A stretch of DNA of 64,000 nucleotides, from positions 186,001 to 250,000 of the forward strand of contig CAXXQE010000006.1 of NCBI GenBank assembly GCA_963665615.2. Direction: 5' to 3'. Numbering within the stretch: position 1 is the stretch's first letter; each line of letters begins with the position of its first letter. Of the stretch, positions 1-10,013 are shown one piece after another. The translations under genes and the position numbers were made by a program. The notes under the pieces are model-generated. The model ran no database searches. It was given only the letters and a program-made list of their open reading frames with translations, and was not told the DNA's origin. The stretch is from Syntrophales bacterium (GTDB lineage: Bacteria; Desulfobacterota; Syntrophia; Syntrophales; UBA4778).

Positions 1-69
1 GGAGTGTGCAATGGTGACATAGCGGATATGCTTTTCATCGAGAAATTTTTTCAGCGTGTTGGCCGGCAT
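1..69 (-). CDS. YbaK/EbsC-family aminoacyl-tRNA deacylase, 5' end only (runs off window)
   Basis: AGGAGG RBS, then ATG at 69. Translates MPANTLKKFLDEKHIRYVTIAHS, typical of a YbaK-family N-terminus. Confidence 0.65.
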   Translation of the reverse strand, partial: MPANTLKKFLDEKHIRYVTIAHS

Positions 70-428
70 GTTCTCATCCTCCTTTTCATGACATTGAGGG
101 GTCTTAAATAAAAGCCCCATTTAGATTTGCGTTGACAACGAGCAGCAGGAATCAGAACATGGCTTAGTCGATCACAATACCGGACGAAAAAGGAGATAAG
201 GAAAAGATGCGTTAGTTGTTACTTTACGCCAGTGTACTGCTTTTTGCAAATCCTTGTGCCCATGACGCTCGGGCGATAAACTTTTCTGGCCATTTATATG
301 CTTCCGTCTCGCTTCTTTCTCGAATTGACGAACCCCTTCCGTCTTGTTACTATCCTGACCGCTGTACCATTCAGTCTACCTCGGGGGGCTGTGAGGACAG
401 TTCCATTTCTGTGCCATGAGGTCTCAAT

Positions 429-1637
429 ATGCTGTATAGAACGGTACCCAAGAACGGCGACAAGCTCTCTATCCTAGCCTTCGGGGCAATGCGCCTCGCC
501 ATGAAAGGCTCAGTGATCAATGAGGCCAGGGCGACGGAACAGTTACATCACGCGATTAGGAGAGGTGTGAACTTTGTCGATACGGCCTGGCCCTATCATA
601 TGGGGAAAAGCGAACCATTTCTGGGGCGCGCCTTATCGGGCGGATACCGCGAAAAAATAAAACTTTCGACAAAATTGCCGTCCTGGCTCGTCCACTCCCA
701 TGAGGAGATGGACCGCTATCTCGATGCGCAGCTCCAAAGGCTCAACACCGACCACATCGATTACTATCTTCTCCATTCCTTAAACGGCAATCTCTGGGAT
801 CAACTCTTGCAGCTCAATGTTATCGATTTTCTCGATCGCGCAAAAAAAAGCGGACGGGTCATCAATGTCGGGTTCTCGTTTCACGGCAATCTTAACGATT
901 TTAAGCGGATTATCGATGGCTACCCTTGGGAACTATGCCTCATGCAATACAATTATCTTGATGAGGACCATCAGGCAGGAACCAGCGGGCTTAAATACGC
1001 GGCGTCCAAGGATCTGGGGGTTATTGTCATGGAACCGTTGCGGGGAGGAAACCTCGGCAGGCCGGAACCACCGCCCGCGGTCGCCGCTTTGTGGAGAGAA
1101 GCCGAAACCCCAAGATCGCCGGCGGAGTGGGCCCTGCGCTGGGTGTGGAATCATCCGGAGGTAACGTCGGTTCTATCGGGAATGAACGAAGAGGCGCATA
1201 TAGAAGAGAATCTCGCGATTGCCGATGAAGGCCATCCAAATTCGCTTACCGCCGGGGAGTCGCAACTGATCAAACGTGTTGCCAAAACTTATCGAAACAT
1301 CATGAAGATCGGATGCACCGGCTGCGGTTATTGCCTGCCCTGTTCTGCCGGGGTTATGATTCCAGATTGTTTTGACATCTACAATACGCGCCACATGTTC
1401 GGCAGCGAAAAGGAAGCGCGCGTCATTTATGCCGCCCGAGCGGGCGGCATCTTAACCGGATCGCGGGGATACGCTTCTCAGTGCGTGCAATGCGGCGAAT
1501 GTGCGGCGCACTGCCCCCAGAATCTCGATATTCAGAAGTTGCTTGAAAACGTTGTAAAGGAATTCGAAAGCGGGGATACAAGCAACTTTGAGGAAATAGC
1601 CAGGAAAATCTTTGTCCCGGAGACGCCGAACTTATAG
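429..1637 (+). CDS. Aldo/keto reductase with C-terminal 4Fe-4S dicluster domain
   Basis: LAFGAMRL, VDTAWPYH, STKLP and DYYLLH motifs. C-terminal CTGCGYCLPC and CVQCGECAAHCP. Confidence 0.92.
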   Translation: MLYRTVPKNGDKLSILAFGAMRLAMKGSVINEARATEQLHHAIRRGVNFVDTAWPYHMGKSEPFLGRALSGGYREKIKLSTKLPSWLVHSHEEMDRYLDAQLQRLNTDHIDYYLLHSLNGNLWDQLLQLNVIDFLDRAKKSGRVINVGFSFHGNLNDFKRIIDGYPWELCLMQYNYLDEDHQAGTSGLKYAASKDLGVIVMEPLRGGNLGRPEPPPAVAALWREAETPRSPAEWALRWVWNHPEVTSVLSGMNEEAHIEENLAIADEGHPNSLTAGESQLIKRVAKTYRNIMKIGCTGCGYCLPCSAGVMIPDCFDIYNTRHMFGSEKEARVIYAARAGGILTGSRGYASQCVQCGECAAHCPQNLDIQKLLENVVKEFESGDTSNFEEIARKIFVPETPNL

Positions 1638-1757
1638 TGTAGACCAGGTTCCGTGATTGATGCGGCCTGCCCGACAACTCCTCGCGAGTTGCCGTAGCCG
1701 TTGCACACGTCGTTTCGCGACGTCCCGGACTTTGGATTGGAAAGTTGCCTGTTTCAA

Positions 1758-2423
1758 TCAGAGATATGGAAAAATCCGGTTGATAATCAACCTGAAATTG
1801 TTGCTAACTTTATCGTCTCCGGCCACAATTCCCATGTGACCCGGCAGAAGCAGATCCACATCGAGCGCGGCCAGCCTCCGGATGCTCTCCTTCAACAGCG
1901 CACTGTCCCCGCCCGGAAAGTCCGTTCTGCCCACATTCTGATCGAAGACGACATCCCCGGAAATAAGAACCCTGCGCTCCGGCCAGTAAAGACCGATAGA
2001 GCCGGGTGAATGGCCGGGAATCAAAAGAATCTGAAACGACTCGCCGCCCAGCGCGATATCTCCCTCGGAAAGCGGCAGGTTGATATCGACCTCTGGGAAA
2101 TCCAATTCAAACCATTGGAACATATCGCGTCCGATTGTATCGAGAAAGGCGATCTCTTCCCTGTGCAGGCCCCTTTCAATGCCGGGACCGTTGAAGGATT
2201 CGGCCCCCTGATAGTGATCAGGATGGCAGTGTGTGTTAATCACGTAACGGATGTTCTCCGCACGGATCCCGTCCGCCTCCATTTTTTCTAGAAGGCCTGG
2301 AACGTGTTTTTTCAGACCCGGATCGATCAGTGCCTGAACCTTGCCTCCGAGGTAATAGGAGTTGCAGTTGTTTTCATAAGGGTTGGTCCAGATATAACTG
2401 TAGAGGTCTTCCGCAATCTTCAT
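1758..2423 (-). CDS. MBL-fold metallo-hydrolase (glyoxalase II-like)
   Basis: THCHPDH, PGHSPG, SGD and PGH metal-binding motifs. Start set at MKIAED after an AGGAGG RBS. Confidence 0.9.
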   Translation of the reverse strand: MKIAEDLYSYIWTNPYENNCNSYYLGGKVQALIDPGLKKHVPGLLEKMEADGIRAENIRYVINTHCHPDHYQGAESFNGPGIERGLHREEIAFLDTIGRDMFQWFELDFPEVDINLPLSEGDIALGGESFQILLIPGHSPGSIGLYWPERRVLISGDVVFDQNVGRTDFPGGDSALLKESIRRLAALDVDLLLPGHMGIVAGDDKVSNNFRLIINRIFPYL

Positions 2424-2433
2424 CTTTCCTCCT

Positions 2434-2551
2434 TGCATCCGGTAGCGAGCGCATTCCACGCAGCATACTGCGGCGTAAGCGAGCGAATCATAATATAATA
2501 TCTTCCTCGGGGATCGAAGATTCGCCTGGGTCCACTCCTCCGAGCCCTAAA
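2434..2551 (-). repeat. 118-bp twin-hairpin dispersed repeat, copy 1 (diverged)
   Basis: Reverse complement aligns with copies 7 and 10 (GCGCATTCC...GCGAGCGAATCA...TCTTCCT...GATTCGCC). Confidence 0.8.
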
Positions 2552-2770
2552 CCACGACGCGCCCGTTGTCTGTGACGGCTCTAAACACAATGGCGCAGCT
2601 ATACCACACAAATACCACGCTGACCAGTCGTCTAGCCGAAATGGCTTTCAGAAGTCGCTCGAACATGACAGGATGCATTGCCGGCTTATGACATCCACAC
2701 CTTCAATAAATGATATCGGAACCCTAAACTTTGTGGTATGTCTTCAGGCACTGGTTATAATAATCCCAAA

Positions 2771-3646
2771 ATGAATGAAAATTTCCGAGTTGAGCAAGGT
2801 ACGCTTTACGTTGTTGCCACACCGATAGGCAACCTGGAAGATATTACCCTGCGGGCAATTCGCGTGCTCCAAGAGGTGGCTCTGATCGCCGCGGAGGATA
2901 CGCGACATACGACCAAGCTGTTGCAAGCCTATGGCATCAAAACGCCATTGACGAGTCTGTTTGAGTGGAATGAAAGAACCAAGAGCGACCTGATTCTGGC
3001 GAAGTTGCACCAAGGAGAATCCGTCGCCTACGTCTCAGATGCGGGGACCCCCGGCGTATCCGATCCCGGCTACGTTCTGATCCGCAAGGCAATCGAAGCG
3101 GAAATCCGGGTGGTAGCCATCCCTGGCGCCTCAGCCCTTCTGACAGCACTCAGCGTCTCAGGTCTGCCGATGGACAGTTTTGTGTTCTATGCCTTTCTGC
3201 CCCACTCGGAAGGTAAGAAGAAAAACGTTCTTGCCGCGCTCAAGGCGGAAAAAAGAACGATGATATTTTATGACTCCCCGAAAAGGCTCCTGGAAACCCT
3301 TCGGATTATTCGCGATACCTTCGGGGAACAGCGCCGGGTTGTAATCGCACGGGAGCTGACCAAACGCTACGAGGAGATTATCCGGGAATCAGTCGGGCGG
3401 GCGATCGATGTGTTGACCGACAGAGAAATCAAGGGAGAAATCACGCTCTTGATCGAAGGGAGCCAAGGCGAGCGTGTTCTTCATGAAGATCAGATTCGCC
3501 AGTTTTATGACGAATTGAGCCGAGACCCGTCTCTATCGACGAAAGATATTATCCAACTTCTATCCGAAAGGACGGGGCTGCCGAAAAAGGTTATCTACAA
3601 AGAGGTTCTGGACATCCAGAGCAAACGAGAAGAGGACGAGCCTTAA
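2771..3646 (+). CDS. rsmI: 16S rRNA (cytidine1402-2'-O)-methyltransferase
   Basis: LYVVATPIGNLEDIT, AEDTRHT, SDAGTPGVSDPG and RELTK motifs. Confidence 0.96.
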   Translation: MNENFRVEQGTLYVVATPIGNLEDITLRAIRVLQEVALIAAEDTRHTTKLLQAYGIKTPLTSLFEWNERTKSDLILAKLHQGESVAYVSDAGTPGVSDPGYVLIRKAIEAEIRVVAIPGASALLTALSVSGLPMDSFVFYAFLPHSEGKKKNVLAALKAEKRTMIFYDSPKRLLETLRIIRDTFGEQRRVVIARELTKRYEEIIRESVGRAIDVLTDREIKGEITLLIEGSQGERVLHEDQIRQFYDELSRDPSLSTKDIIQLLSERTGLPKKVIYKEVLDIQSKREEDEP

Positions 3647-3651
3647 ATACC

Positions 3652-4224
3652 TTGAACTGCTCTGGAAGGTATGATACTCAGGCTCACGATGGATTGAAGA
3701 TTATTCGGAGCAAGCTCCGGAGAATCTCTACTCCCCTAATGAAAACGTTGCGTCCTGATTCGCACACCTCCTTGTGGCAAGCCGCGAAGAAAGCCAGCGA
3801 TGGCGGATGCGAATTAATGATCGGCTTGACCAAAGCGGAACTTACAAAAGTGCAGGGGCTCGTGAGCATGAGTGACGAAAATGATCGGAAAGGCACAGAC
3901 GCATCGGCGGTACCCGGTGAAAAGTCGAACACAGGCAACGCGGCCAGAACGGCCCAGGACGTGATCCGTTCCGAAATGAGCAAGGTTGGTTCCGACTTGA
4001 GTCTATCGGAAATGGATAGTGAGGCATCATGGGGCGATCGCATCATTCATGATCTCACGGACGTGATCGAAGAAGGATCGCCTAAAGCGATTACGGTCGC
4101 CGAGTTCGATGTAGAACTGATGAAAAAAGTCGCTGAGGTCGCCGAGCGAATCGCCAGAGAGATCGTTCCGGAAATCGCCGAGCGAGTTATTCGGGAAGAG
4201 ATAGAAAGATTGAAAAGCCGCTGA
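3652..4224 (+). CDS. Hypothetical protein with RomR-like C-terminal helix; true start probably downstream (~3818-3868)
   Basis: C-terminus ERIAREIVPEIAERVIREEIERLK. The N-terminal part of the ORF looks non-conserved. Confidence 0.55.
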   Translation: MNCSGRYDTQAHDGLKIIRSKLRRISTPLMKTLRPDSHTSLWQAAKKASDGGCELMIGLTKAELTKVQGLVSMSDENDRKGTDASAVPGEKSNTGNAARTAQDVIRSEMSKVGSDLSLSEMDSEASWGDRIIHDLTDVIEEGSPKAITVAEFDVELMKKVAEVAERIAREIVPEIAERVIREEIERLKSR

Positions 4225-4276
4225 TGAGCTGATGCATTGCAGTGAAGGCGGCGTAAAAACTATTCGGGAGACGGGG

Positions 4277-4903
4277 ATGGCATTGTTAGCATCGCGTTCG
4301 TTGAAAGTCATAGGTCTATTGACCATTGCTCTGTTGTTTGTCTCGGGGTGCGGAAAGAAGATAACGATGGACTCCGGCATGGCGCCAAAGTGGGGACGTA
4401 TCGCCGTTATGCCGGTCATCAACAAAACAACTGAGCCTCAGGCCTCTGCCTTGTTGCGAACCTACGCCATTGAAGCTATTTACAACAAGGGCTATAAGAA
4501 ATTGCCGGCGCAGATCATAGACGAACAACTGGCGGAGAATGCTCGTGAGACCCCCCCCCCACCCCCCCAGGTAGCGGGCAAGGTTCTGGGCGTGGATGCC
4601 CTGCTTTATTGTACACTCACCGAATGGAAGAAATCCGAGATGACGGCCTATGCCAGCATCTCGGCAACGGCAACCTTTGAATTGCGCAGTGCTGCTAACG
4701 GGGAAGTGCTCTGGCACAACAGCCAGACTATTGTGAAGCGAAGCGTCCACCCCTTTAAAAAAGAATTACAAGAGCTGATGCTCATGGACTTTGAGTCGAG
4801 TGTCGTCGAATTGGTCGACTCGGGCATGGCGTCGTTGCCAACCGGATCTGACTTCATTGCGAAGGACCCGTTGAAAAAAAGTAAGTACGAGGGATGGTTT
4901 TAG
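4277..4903 (+). CDS. GNA1162/DUF799-like lipoprotein
   Basis: Lipobox VSGC; IAVMPV.N.T and LGVDALLY motifs; poly-Pro linker. Confidence 0.7.
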   Translation: MALLASRSLKVIGLLTIALLFVSGCGKKITMDSGMAPKWGRIAVMPVINKTTEPQASALLRTYAIEAIYNKGYKKLPAQIIDEQLAENARETPPPPPQVAGKVLGVDALLYCTLTEWKKSEMTAYASISATATFELRSAANGEVLWHNSQTIVKRSVHPFKKELQELMLMDFESSVVELVDSGMASLPTGSDFIAKDPLKKSKYEGWF

Positions 4904-5484
4904 TCGGAATGATGGTTGCCTTAACGGGATCCGCTCTAAATATTCCGAATATGATCACGCTGTTCCGGATCGTTTTGACGCCCGTTCTGATTATTTGCCT
5001 CATTCAGGGATTTTTTTTAAAAGGGCTCGTTGTTTTTATCCTTGCAGGCATAACGGATGCCCTGGATGGTTTCTTGGCGCGCGTCCTCCGGCAAAAAACG
5101 ATCGTCGGCGTCTACCTGGATCCCCTGGCGGACAAGGCGCTTGTGGCAAGTGCGTTTATCACCCTGTCCATTCTGACGATCATCCCCGGCTGGCTCACGG
5201 TTATCGTTATCAGTCGCGACCTTGTCATCCTGTTCGGCGTTGCCATCTTGTCCCAGCTTTCCGTGCAGTTCGAAGTGAGACCCGCCATGGTCAGCAAGGC
5301 GACGACGGCCCTTCAGTTTCTGACGATCCTCGCCGCCCTGCTATCGCAGGTCCAGCCGAGGCAAGTTGACAAAATTTTCGTCTCGTATATTTTCTGGGCA
5401 ACAGCCATTTTAACGGCATTTTCAGGCTTTGTTTATATCCTGCGCGGCATTCGGTTCCTGAACCATTCAGAGGGAAATCAATAG
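4894..5484 (+). CDS. CDP-alcohol phosphatidyltransferase (PgsA family)
   Basis: NIPNMITLFR and TDALDGFLAR...G..LDPLADK signature. Start uncertain. Confidence 0.9.
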   Translation: MVLVGMMVALTGSALNIPNMITLFRIVLTPVLIICLIQGFFLKGLVVFILAGITDALDGFLARVLRQKTIVGVYLDPLADKALVASAFITLSILTIIPGWLTVIVISRDLVILFGVAILSQLSVQFEVRPAMVSKATTALQFLTILAALLSQVQPRQVDKIFVSYIFWATAILTAFSGFVYILRGIRFLNHSEGNQ

Positions 5485-5559
5485 GATACACTCATCAGAC
5501 CAGAGCAAGAATGCGACGGATGAGCGTGAAAATATAATGTTTTCCCTTGTATTATTAGC

Positions 5560-5588
5560 TTGACAGGAAATAGATTTATTGTTAATTA
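5560..5588 (+). promoter_or_regulatory. sigma70 promoter for tRNA-Val/thrS
   Basis: TTGACA-N17-TAATTA, with TG upstream of the -10. Confidence 0.65.
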
Positions 5589-5608
5589 TCTTAGCTCTTT
5601 AACGGTAT

Positions 5609-5683
5609 AGGCAAGTAGCTCAGGGGGAGAGCGCCATCCTGACGCGGTGGATGTCCAGGGTTCAAATCCCTGCTTGCCTACCA
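5609..5683 (+). tRNA. tRNA-Val(GAC)
   Basis: AGGCAAG/CTTGCCT acceptor stem, TAGCTCAG D-arm, anticodon loop CT-GAC-GC, GGTTCAAATCC T-arm, encoded CCA. Confidence 0.96.
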
Positions 5684-5701
5684 TTTTTTATTGTGCATTC
5701 G

Positions 5702-5733
5702 AGGGCATCAGAGAATCCACGTTGATGCCCTTT
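5702..5733 (+). terminator. Hairpin after tRNA (terminator or thrS leader stem)
   Basis: AGGGCATCA...TGATGCCCT followed by a short T run. Confidence 0.45.
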
Positions 5734-5748
5734 CCTGTTAAAAGGCTT

Positions 5749-5793
5749 TGATGGAAAGACCTGACGGTTGGTATGCGGTCAGTCTTCTCATCA
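5749..5793 (+). promoter_or_regulatory. Candidate thrS translational operator hairpin
   Basis: Imperfect long stem with loop TTGGTAT (tRNA-Thr GGU-like) next to the RBS. Confidence 0.45.
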
Positions 5794-5810
5794 TGTCGTG
5801 AAAGGTTGAG

Positions 5811-7727
5811 ATGCCAGAATTCAAGCTGAAGATGCCGGATGGCTCAATCGTTGCCAGCATAATGGACAGATCGATCTGTGATGCAATTTCCGACTGGCAG
5901 CCAAAAGCCATCGCCACTGTAGTAGCCGCCAAGCTCAATGGGCAGTTGCTTGATCTGAGCGCTTGTCCTCAGGCCGATGGAGAACTTGAATTGATCCCAA
6001 TGGCGTCATCGGAGGGGCTTGAGATTCTTCGTCACAGCATCTCCCATGTTATGGCACAAGCCGTCCAACAGACCTTTGAAGATGTCAAGGTGAGCATCGG
6101 GCCGGCCGTTGAGGACGGTTTCTATTACGATTTCGATCATGCCGAGGCCTTCACAATCGAAGATCTGGGCGTGATCGAAAAGAAGATGCAGGAGATTATT
6201 GCAGCGGATCTGCCCTTTATTCGCAGAGAATTACCGCGTGCCGAGGCCGTCGCGCTCTTTACTGAAAGGGCGGAACCCTACAAGGTGGAACTCATCAATG
6301 ATCTACCTGAGGATGTGAGCGTCGTTAGCATATACAGCCAGGGCGACTATGTCGATCTGTGCCGCGGCCCCCATATCCCATCGACGGGGATGATCAAGGC
6401 TTTCAAGCTGATGAGTGTCGCCGGGGCTTACTGGCGCGGTGATGAGAGAAACAAGATGCTTCAGCGAATCTACGGTACTGGATTCGCCACCCAGAAGGAA
6501 CTCGATGAACACCTGAGATTCATTGAGGAGGCCAAGAAGCGCGATCACCGTCGTCTGGGCCGAGAGCTTGATCTCTTCCAGATCAACGACGAGGTCGGCG
6601 CGGGACTGATCATTTGGCATCCGAAGGGCGCCATGCTCCGCCTGCTGATTGAGGACTGGGAGCGCAAGGAGCACCTGAAGCGCGGTTACGATATCGTTGT
6701 CGGGCCGCAGATCCTGAAGAGCGATTTATGGAAACGGTCTGGGCACTACGATCATTACCGTGAGATGATGTATTTCACGGAAGTCGAAGAGCAGAGTTAC
6801 GGGATCAAACCTATGAACTGCCTTTCGCACATGATGATCTACAAGTCAAAGATCAGAAGCTATCGCGATTTGCCGCTCAGATATTTCGAACTGGGAACGG
6901 TTCACCGTCATGAGAAAACGGGCGTCCTGCATGGGCTCCTGAGGGTACGGCAGTTTACGCAGGATGATGCCCATATACTGTGCACGCCGGATCAACTCAA
7001 CGATGAGATTAGGGCCATCGCCGACTTTATCGGTTACGCGATGAAGATCTTCGGGTTTGAGTATGAGGTCGAACTTAGCACCCGTCCGGAGGGTTCCATT
7101 GGAACAGACCAGGACTGGGAGATGGCGACCTCTGCCTTGGAACAGGCTTTGAAAGACAGCGGAATGCCCTACGAGGTCAACGCCGGAGACGGAGCCTTTT
7201 ATGGCCCCAAGATTGACTTTAAACTAAAAGACGCCTTGAAACGTAAGTGGCAATGTGCCACCATTCAATGCGACTTCACTTTGCCGGAACGGTTCGATCT
7301 GAATTACGTAGCACCGGATGGTGAAAAACGCCGCCCTGTCATGCTTCACCGGGTTATACTGGGCGCAATCGAGCGTTTCATGGGGGTTTTGATCGAGCAT
7401 TACGCAGGCGCCTTTCCGGTTTGGCTGTCACCGGTACAGGCGGTCTTGGTAACGGTGACGGAAAAGCAGATCCCGTACGCAGAAGAGGTTTATCAGAAAC
7501 TGCTTTCTGCCGGCATCAGAATCGACAAGGATTTCAAGAATGAAAAGCTGGGTCATAAGATTCGTGAGGCCCAGATCCAGAAAATTCCCTATATGCTCGT
7601 TGTGGGCGATAAGGAAGTAGAAGAGCGCGGCATTTCACCCAGGCAGAGAGATGGTCAGAATTTAGGCATGATGTCGGCGGATCAGTTTGAAACCCTGATC
7701 AAGGAAAAATGCGCGCGATTTGAATAA
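5811..7727 (+). CDS. thrS: Threonine--tRNA ligase
   Basis: TGS domain, RHSISH, DLCRGPH, RDHRRLG, KPMNC, GAFYGPK and MLHR motifs. Confidence 0.99.
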   Translation: MPEFKLKMPDGSIVASIMDRSICDAISDWQPKAIATVVAAKLNGQLLDLSACPQADGELELIPMASSEGLEILRHSISHVMAQAVQQTFEDVKVSIGPAVEDGFYYDFDHAEAFTIEDLGVIEKKMQEIIAADLPFIRRELPRAEAVALFTERAEPYKVELINDLPEDVSVVSIYSQGDYVDLCRGPHIPSTGMIKAFKLMSVAGAYWRGDERNKMLQRIYGTGFATQKELDEHLRFIEEAKKRDHRRLGRELDLFQINDEVGAGLIIWHPKGAMLRLLIEDWERKEHLKRGYDIVVGPQILKSDLWKRSGHYDHYREMMYFTEVEEQSYGIKPMNCLSHMMIYKSKIRSYRDLPLRYFELGTVHRHEKTGVLHGLLRVRQFTQDDAHILCTPDQLNDEIRAIADFIGYAMKIFGFEYEVELSTRPEGSIGTDQDWEMATSALEQALKDSGMPYEVNAGDGAFYGPKIDFKLKDALKRKWQCATIQCDFTLPERFDLNYVAPDGEKRRPVMLHRVILGAIERFMGVLIEHYAGAFPVWLSPVQAVLVTVTEKQIPYAEEVYQKLLSAGIRIDKDFKNEKLGHKIREAQIQKIPYMLVVGDKEVEERGISPRQRDGQNLGMMSADQFETLIKEKCARFE

Positions 7728-7752
7728 AACCCTTAATGCATGGAGGTGAAAT

Positions 7753-8265
7753 ATTTCTAAGAATTTGCGCATTAACGAGGAAATCAGGACCCCGTCGGTG
7801 CGGGTGATCGACTCCGAGGGCAATCAGCTAGGGATTTTATCCTTCGCTGATGCAATGAAAGAGGCCGTAAAAGTCGGATTGGATCTGGTTGAGGTGGCGC
7901 CCAATTCCTCGCCGCCTGTCTGCCGGATTATGGATTACGGCAAGTTCCGCTATCAGCAGAGCAAAAAACTCCAGATCGCCAAAAAGCACGCGGCAACGAT
8001 TCAGCTGAAGGAAATTCGCTTGAGGCCAAAGACGGAAGAACATGACCTTCAGGTAAAGCTCAAGCATATCAAACGATTCCTTGAAGATGGGGACAAAGTA
8101 AAAATCACCATGATGTTCAGAGGTCGCGAAGTCGTATACGCAGACAACGGCAGGGCCATCATGGAAGAAATCAAAAAAGAGTTGGAACCCGTTTGTTCGG
8201 TTGACCAAAATCCAAAACTTGAAGGGCGCAATATGATCATGATTCTTGCCCCCAACAAAAAGTAG
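7753..8265 (+). CDS. infC: Translation initiation factor IF-3 (ATT start)
   Basis: RINEEIR and PPVCRIMDYGK motifs. In-frame ATT at 7753 follows a GGAGGTG RBS. Confidence 0.97.
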   Translation: MSKNLRINEEIRTPSVRVIDSEGNQLGILSFADAMKEAVKVGLDLVEVAPNSSPPVCRIMDYGKFRYQQSKKLQIAKKHAATIQLKEIRLRPKTEEHDLQVKLKHIKRFLEDGDKVKITMMFRGREVVYADNGRAIMEEIKKELEPVCSVDQNPKLEGRNMIMILAPNKK

Positions 8266-8332
8266 GTTTGTCGACAAAACGGTTGAGAACGAGTTTTTTC
8301 ACAAAATTTAATTTATTGAGCGGAGAGTTACA

Positions 8333-8530
8333 ATGCCCAAGATCAAGACACACAGAGGAGCCGCGAAACGCTTCTCACTGACGGGAAGAGGAAAAGTGAA
8401 GCGGAGCAAGGCCTATACGAGTCATATCCTGACGACGAAGAGCCAGAAACGGAAAAGGAATTTGCGCAAATCTACCGTTTTGGACGCCAGGGATACGTTC
8501 GGTGTCAAGAGACTGATTCCCTATCTGTAA
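8333..8530 (+). CDS. rpmI: 50S ribosomal protein L35
   Basis: [14 protein letters not shown]; operon position. Confidence 0.98.
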   Translation: MPKIKTHRGAAKRFSLTGRGKVKRSKAYTSHILTTKSQKRKRNLRKSTVLDARDTFGVKRLIPYL

Positions 8531-8630
8531 TCGGGGACAAAAGTCCTAAGGCAGGGTGCTTTTTCAGTCATGAGCTCCGAGCCAGGGGACCTCAGGCCGC
8601 TAACTGTAGATTGTTCAAGGAGATTTCAAA

Positions 8631-8981
8631 ATGTCTAGGGTAAAAAGAGGGGTTAACACCAAAAAGAATAAAAGAAAGATTCTGAAGCTGGCCAAGGGCT
8701 ATTATGGTGCCAGAAAGAGTCTGTACCGAATCGCCACGGAAGCGGTTGATCGTGCGCTCAAGTTTGCGTTCCGCGACAGGCGTGCCAGAAAGAGAGAGTT
8801 CCGGCAACTCTGGATTGCCAGGATCAGCGCCGCTGCGCGCATGAACAGCGTATCATACAGCAAGCTCATGAGCGGCATGAAGAAGGCAGGTATTGAACTT
8901 GATCGCAAGGTGCTGGCCGAAATTGCAGTGAGCGATCCTCAGGCGTTTTCCAAGATTGTCAGTCAGAGCGTAGGTGAGTGA
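8631..8981 (+). CDS. rplT: 50S ribosomal protein L20
   Basis: MSRVKRG...LAKGYYG...FRQLWIARI...LDRKVLA. Confidence 0.98.
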   Translation: MSRVKRGVNTKKNKRKILKLAKGYYGARKSLYRIATEAVDRALKFAFRDRRARKREFRQLWIARISAAARMNSVSYSKLMSGMKKAGIELDRKVLAEIAVSDPQAFSKIVSQSVGE

Positions 8982-8986
8982 CCGCA

Positions 8987-10003
8987 ATGAGAGCGGGGCT
9001 GGAGGAGCTGCGGAGAAACGCAGCGGCTGAACTTGAAACTGCCGTCACTAAGGAGGACCTCCTTGCCATCCGGGTTAAATACCTTGGTCGAAAGGGCCTC
9101 CTGACCTCAATCCTCCGAGGACTCGGCAGTGTTTCCGAAGAAGAGCGACCGCTCATCGGCAAACTCTCCAACGAAATCAAAGAAGGACTCTCTGCAAACA
9201 TCGATGCCGCCGTCGAAAGATTGGAGCAGTCGCTTAGGGATCAGACACTTCTAGCAGAGAAAATCGACGTGACGCTTCCCGGCCGGAAGGTGGCGCTGGG
9301 AAGTCTACATCCCATCACCAAAATTTCAGAAGAGATATGCGCCATTTTCAGGGGACTCGGCTTTTCGGTCGTCGAAGGCCCCGAAATTGAAACGGACTAT
9401 TACAACTTCGAAGCGCTGAATATCCCCAAAGATCATCCTGCACGCGATATGCAGGATACGTTTTATGTATCGGACAACGTTGTGCTACGGACCCATACCT
9501 CTCCGGTTCAGGTGCGGGTCATGCAGAAACAGCCTCCTCCGGTTCGCATTATCTGTCCCGGCAAGGTATACCGTTGCGATTCCGATATATCGCATACCCC
9601 CATGTTCCATCAAATCGAGGGGTTGCTGGTGGACAAAGGCATCTCTTTCAGCGATTTGAAGGGCATTCTGGCCTCTTTTGCCCGCCAGGTTTTCGGTCAG
9701 AACACATCGCTTCGATTCAGACCCAGCTTCTTCCCGTTTACCGAGCCAAGCGCCGAGGTGGATATCCAGTGTGTCATGTGCCAGGGGAAAGGCTGCCGAG
9801 TCTGCGGACAAAGCGGCTGGCTTGAGATCCTGGGGTCAGGCATGGTCCACCCGGAGGTCTTCAGAACGGTCGGTTATGATGCGAACGAGGTTACAGGATT
9901 TGCGTTCGGCATGGGACTGGAACGCATCGCCATGTTGAAATACGGCATCTCAGATATTCGTCTTTTCTACGAAAACGATTTAAGATTTCTACAACAGTTC
10001 TAA
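8987..10003 (+). CDS. pheS: Phenylalanine--tRNA ligase alpha subunit
   Basis: [24 protein letters not shown] and [10 protein letters not shown] motifs. Confidence 0.99.
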   Translation: MRAGLEELRRNAAAELETAVTKEDLLAIRVKYLGRKGLLTSILRGLGSVSEEERPLIGKLSNEIKEGLSANIDAAVERLEQSLRDQTLLAEKIDVTLPGRKVALGSLHPITKISEEICAIFRGLGFSVVEGPEIETDYYNFEALNIPKDHPARDMQDTFYVSDNVVLRTHTSPVQVRVMQKQPPPVRIICPGKVYRCDSDISHTPMFHQIEGLLVDKGISFSDLKGILASFARQVFGQNTSLRFRPSFFPFTEPSAEVDIQCVMCQGKGCRVCGQSGWLEILGSGMVHPEVFRTVGYDANEVTGFAFGMGLERIAMLKYGISDIRLFYENDLRFLQQF

Positions 10004-10013
10004 GTGGGATGGT

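Noticed and set aside
216..419. 67-aa ORF upstream of the aldo/keto reductase
   Set aside because: TTG start, no motifs, and it lies in the divergent promoter region.
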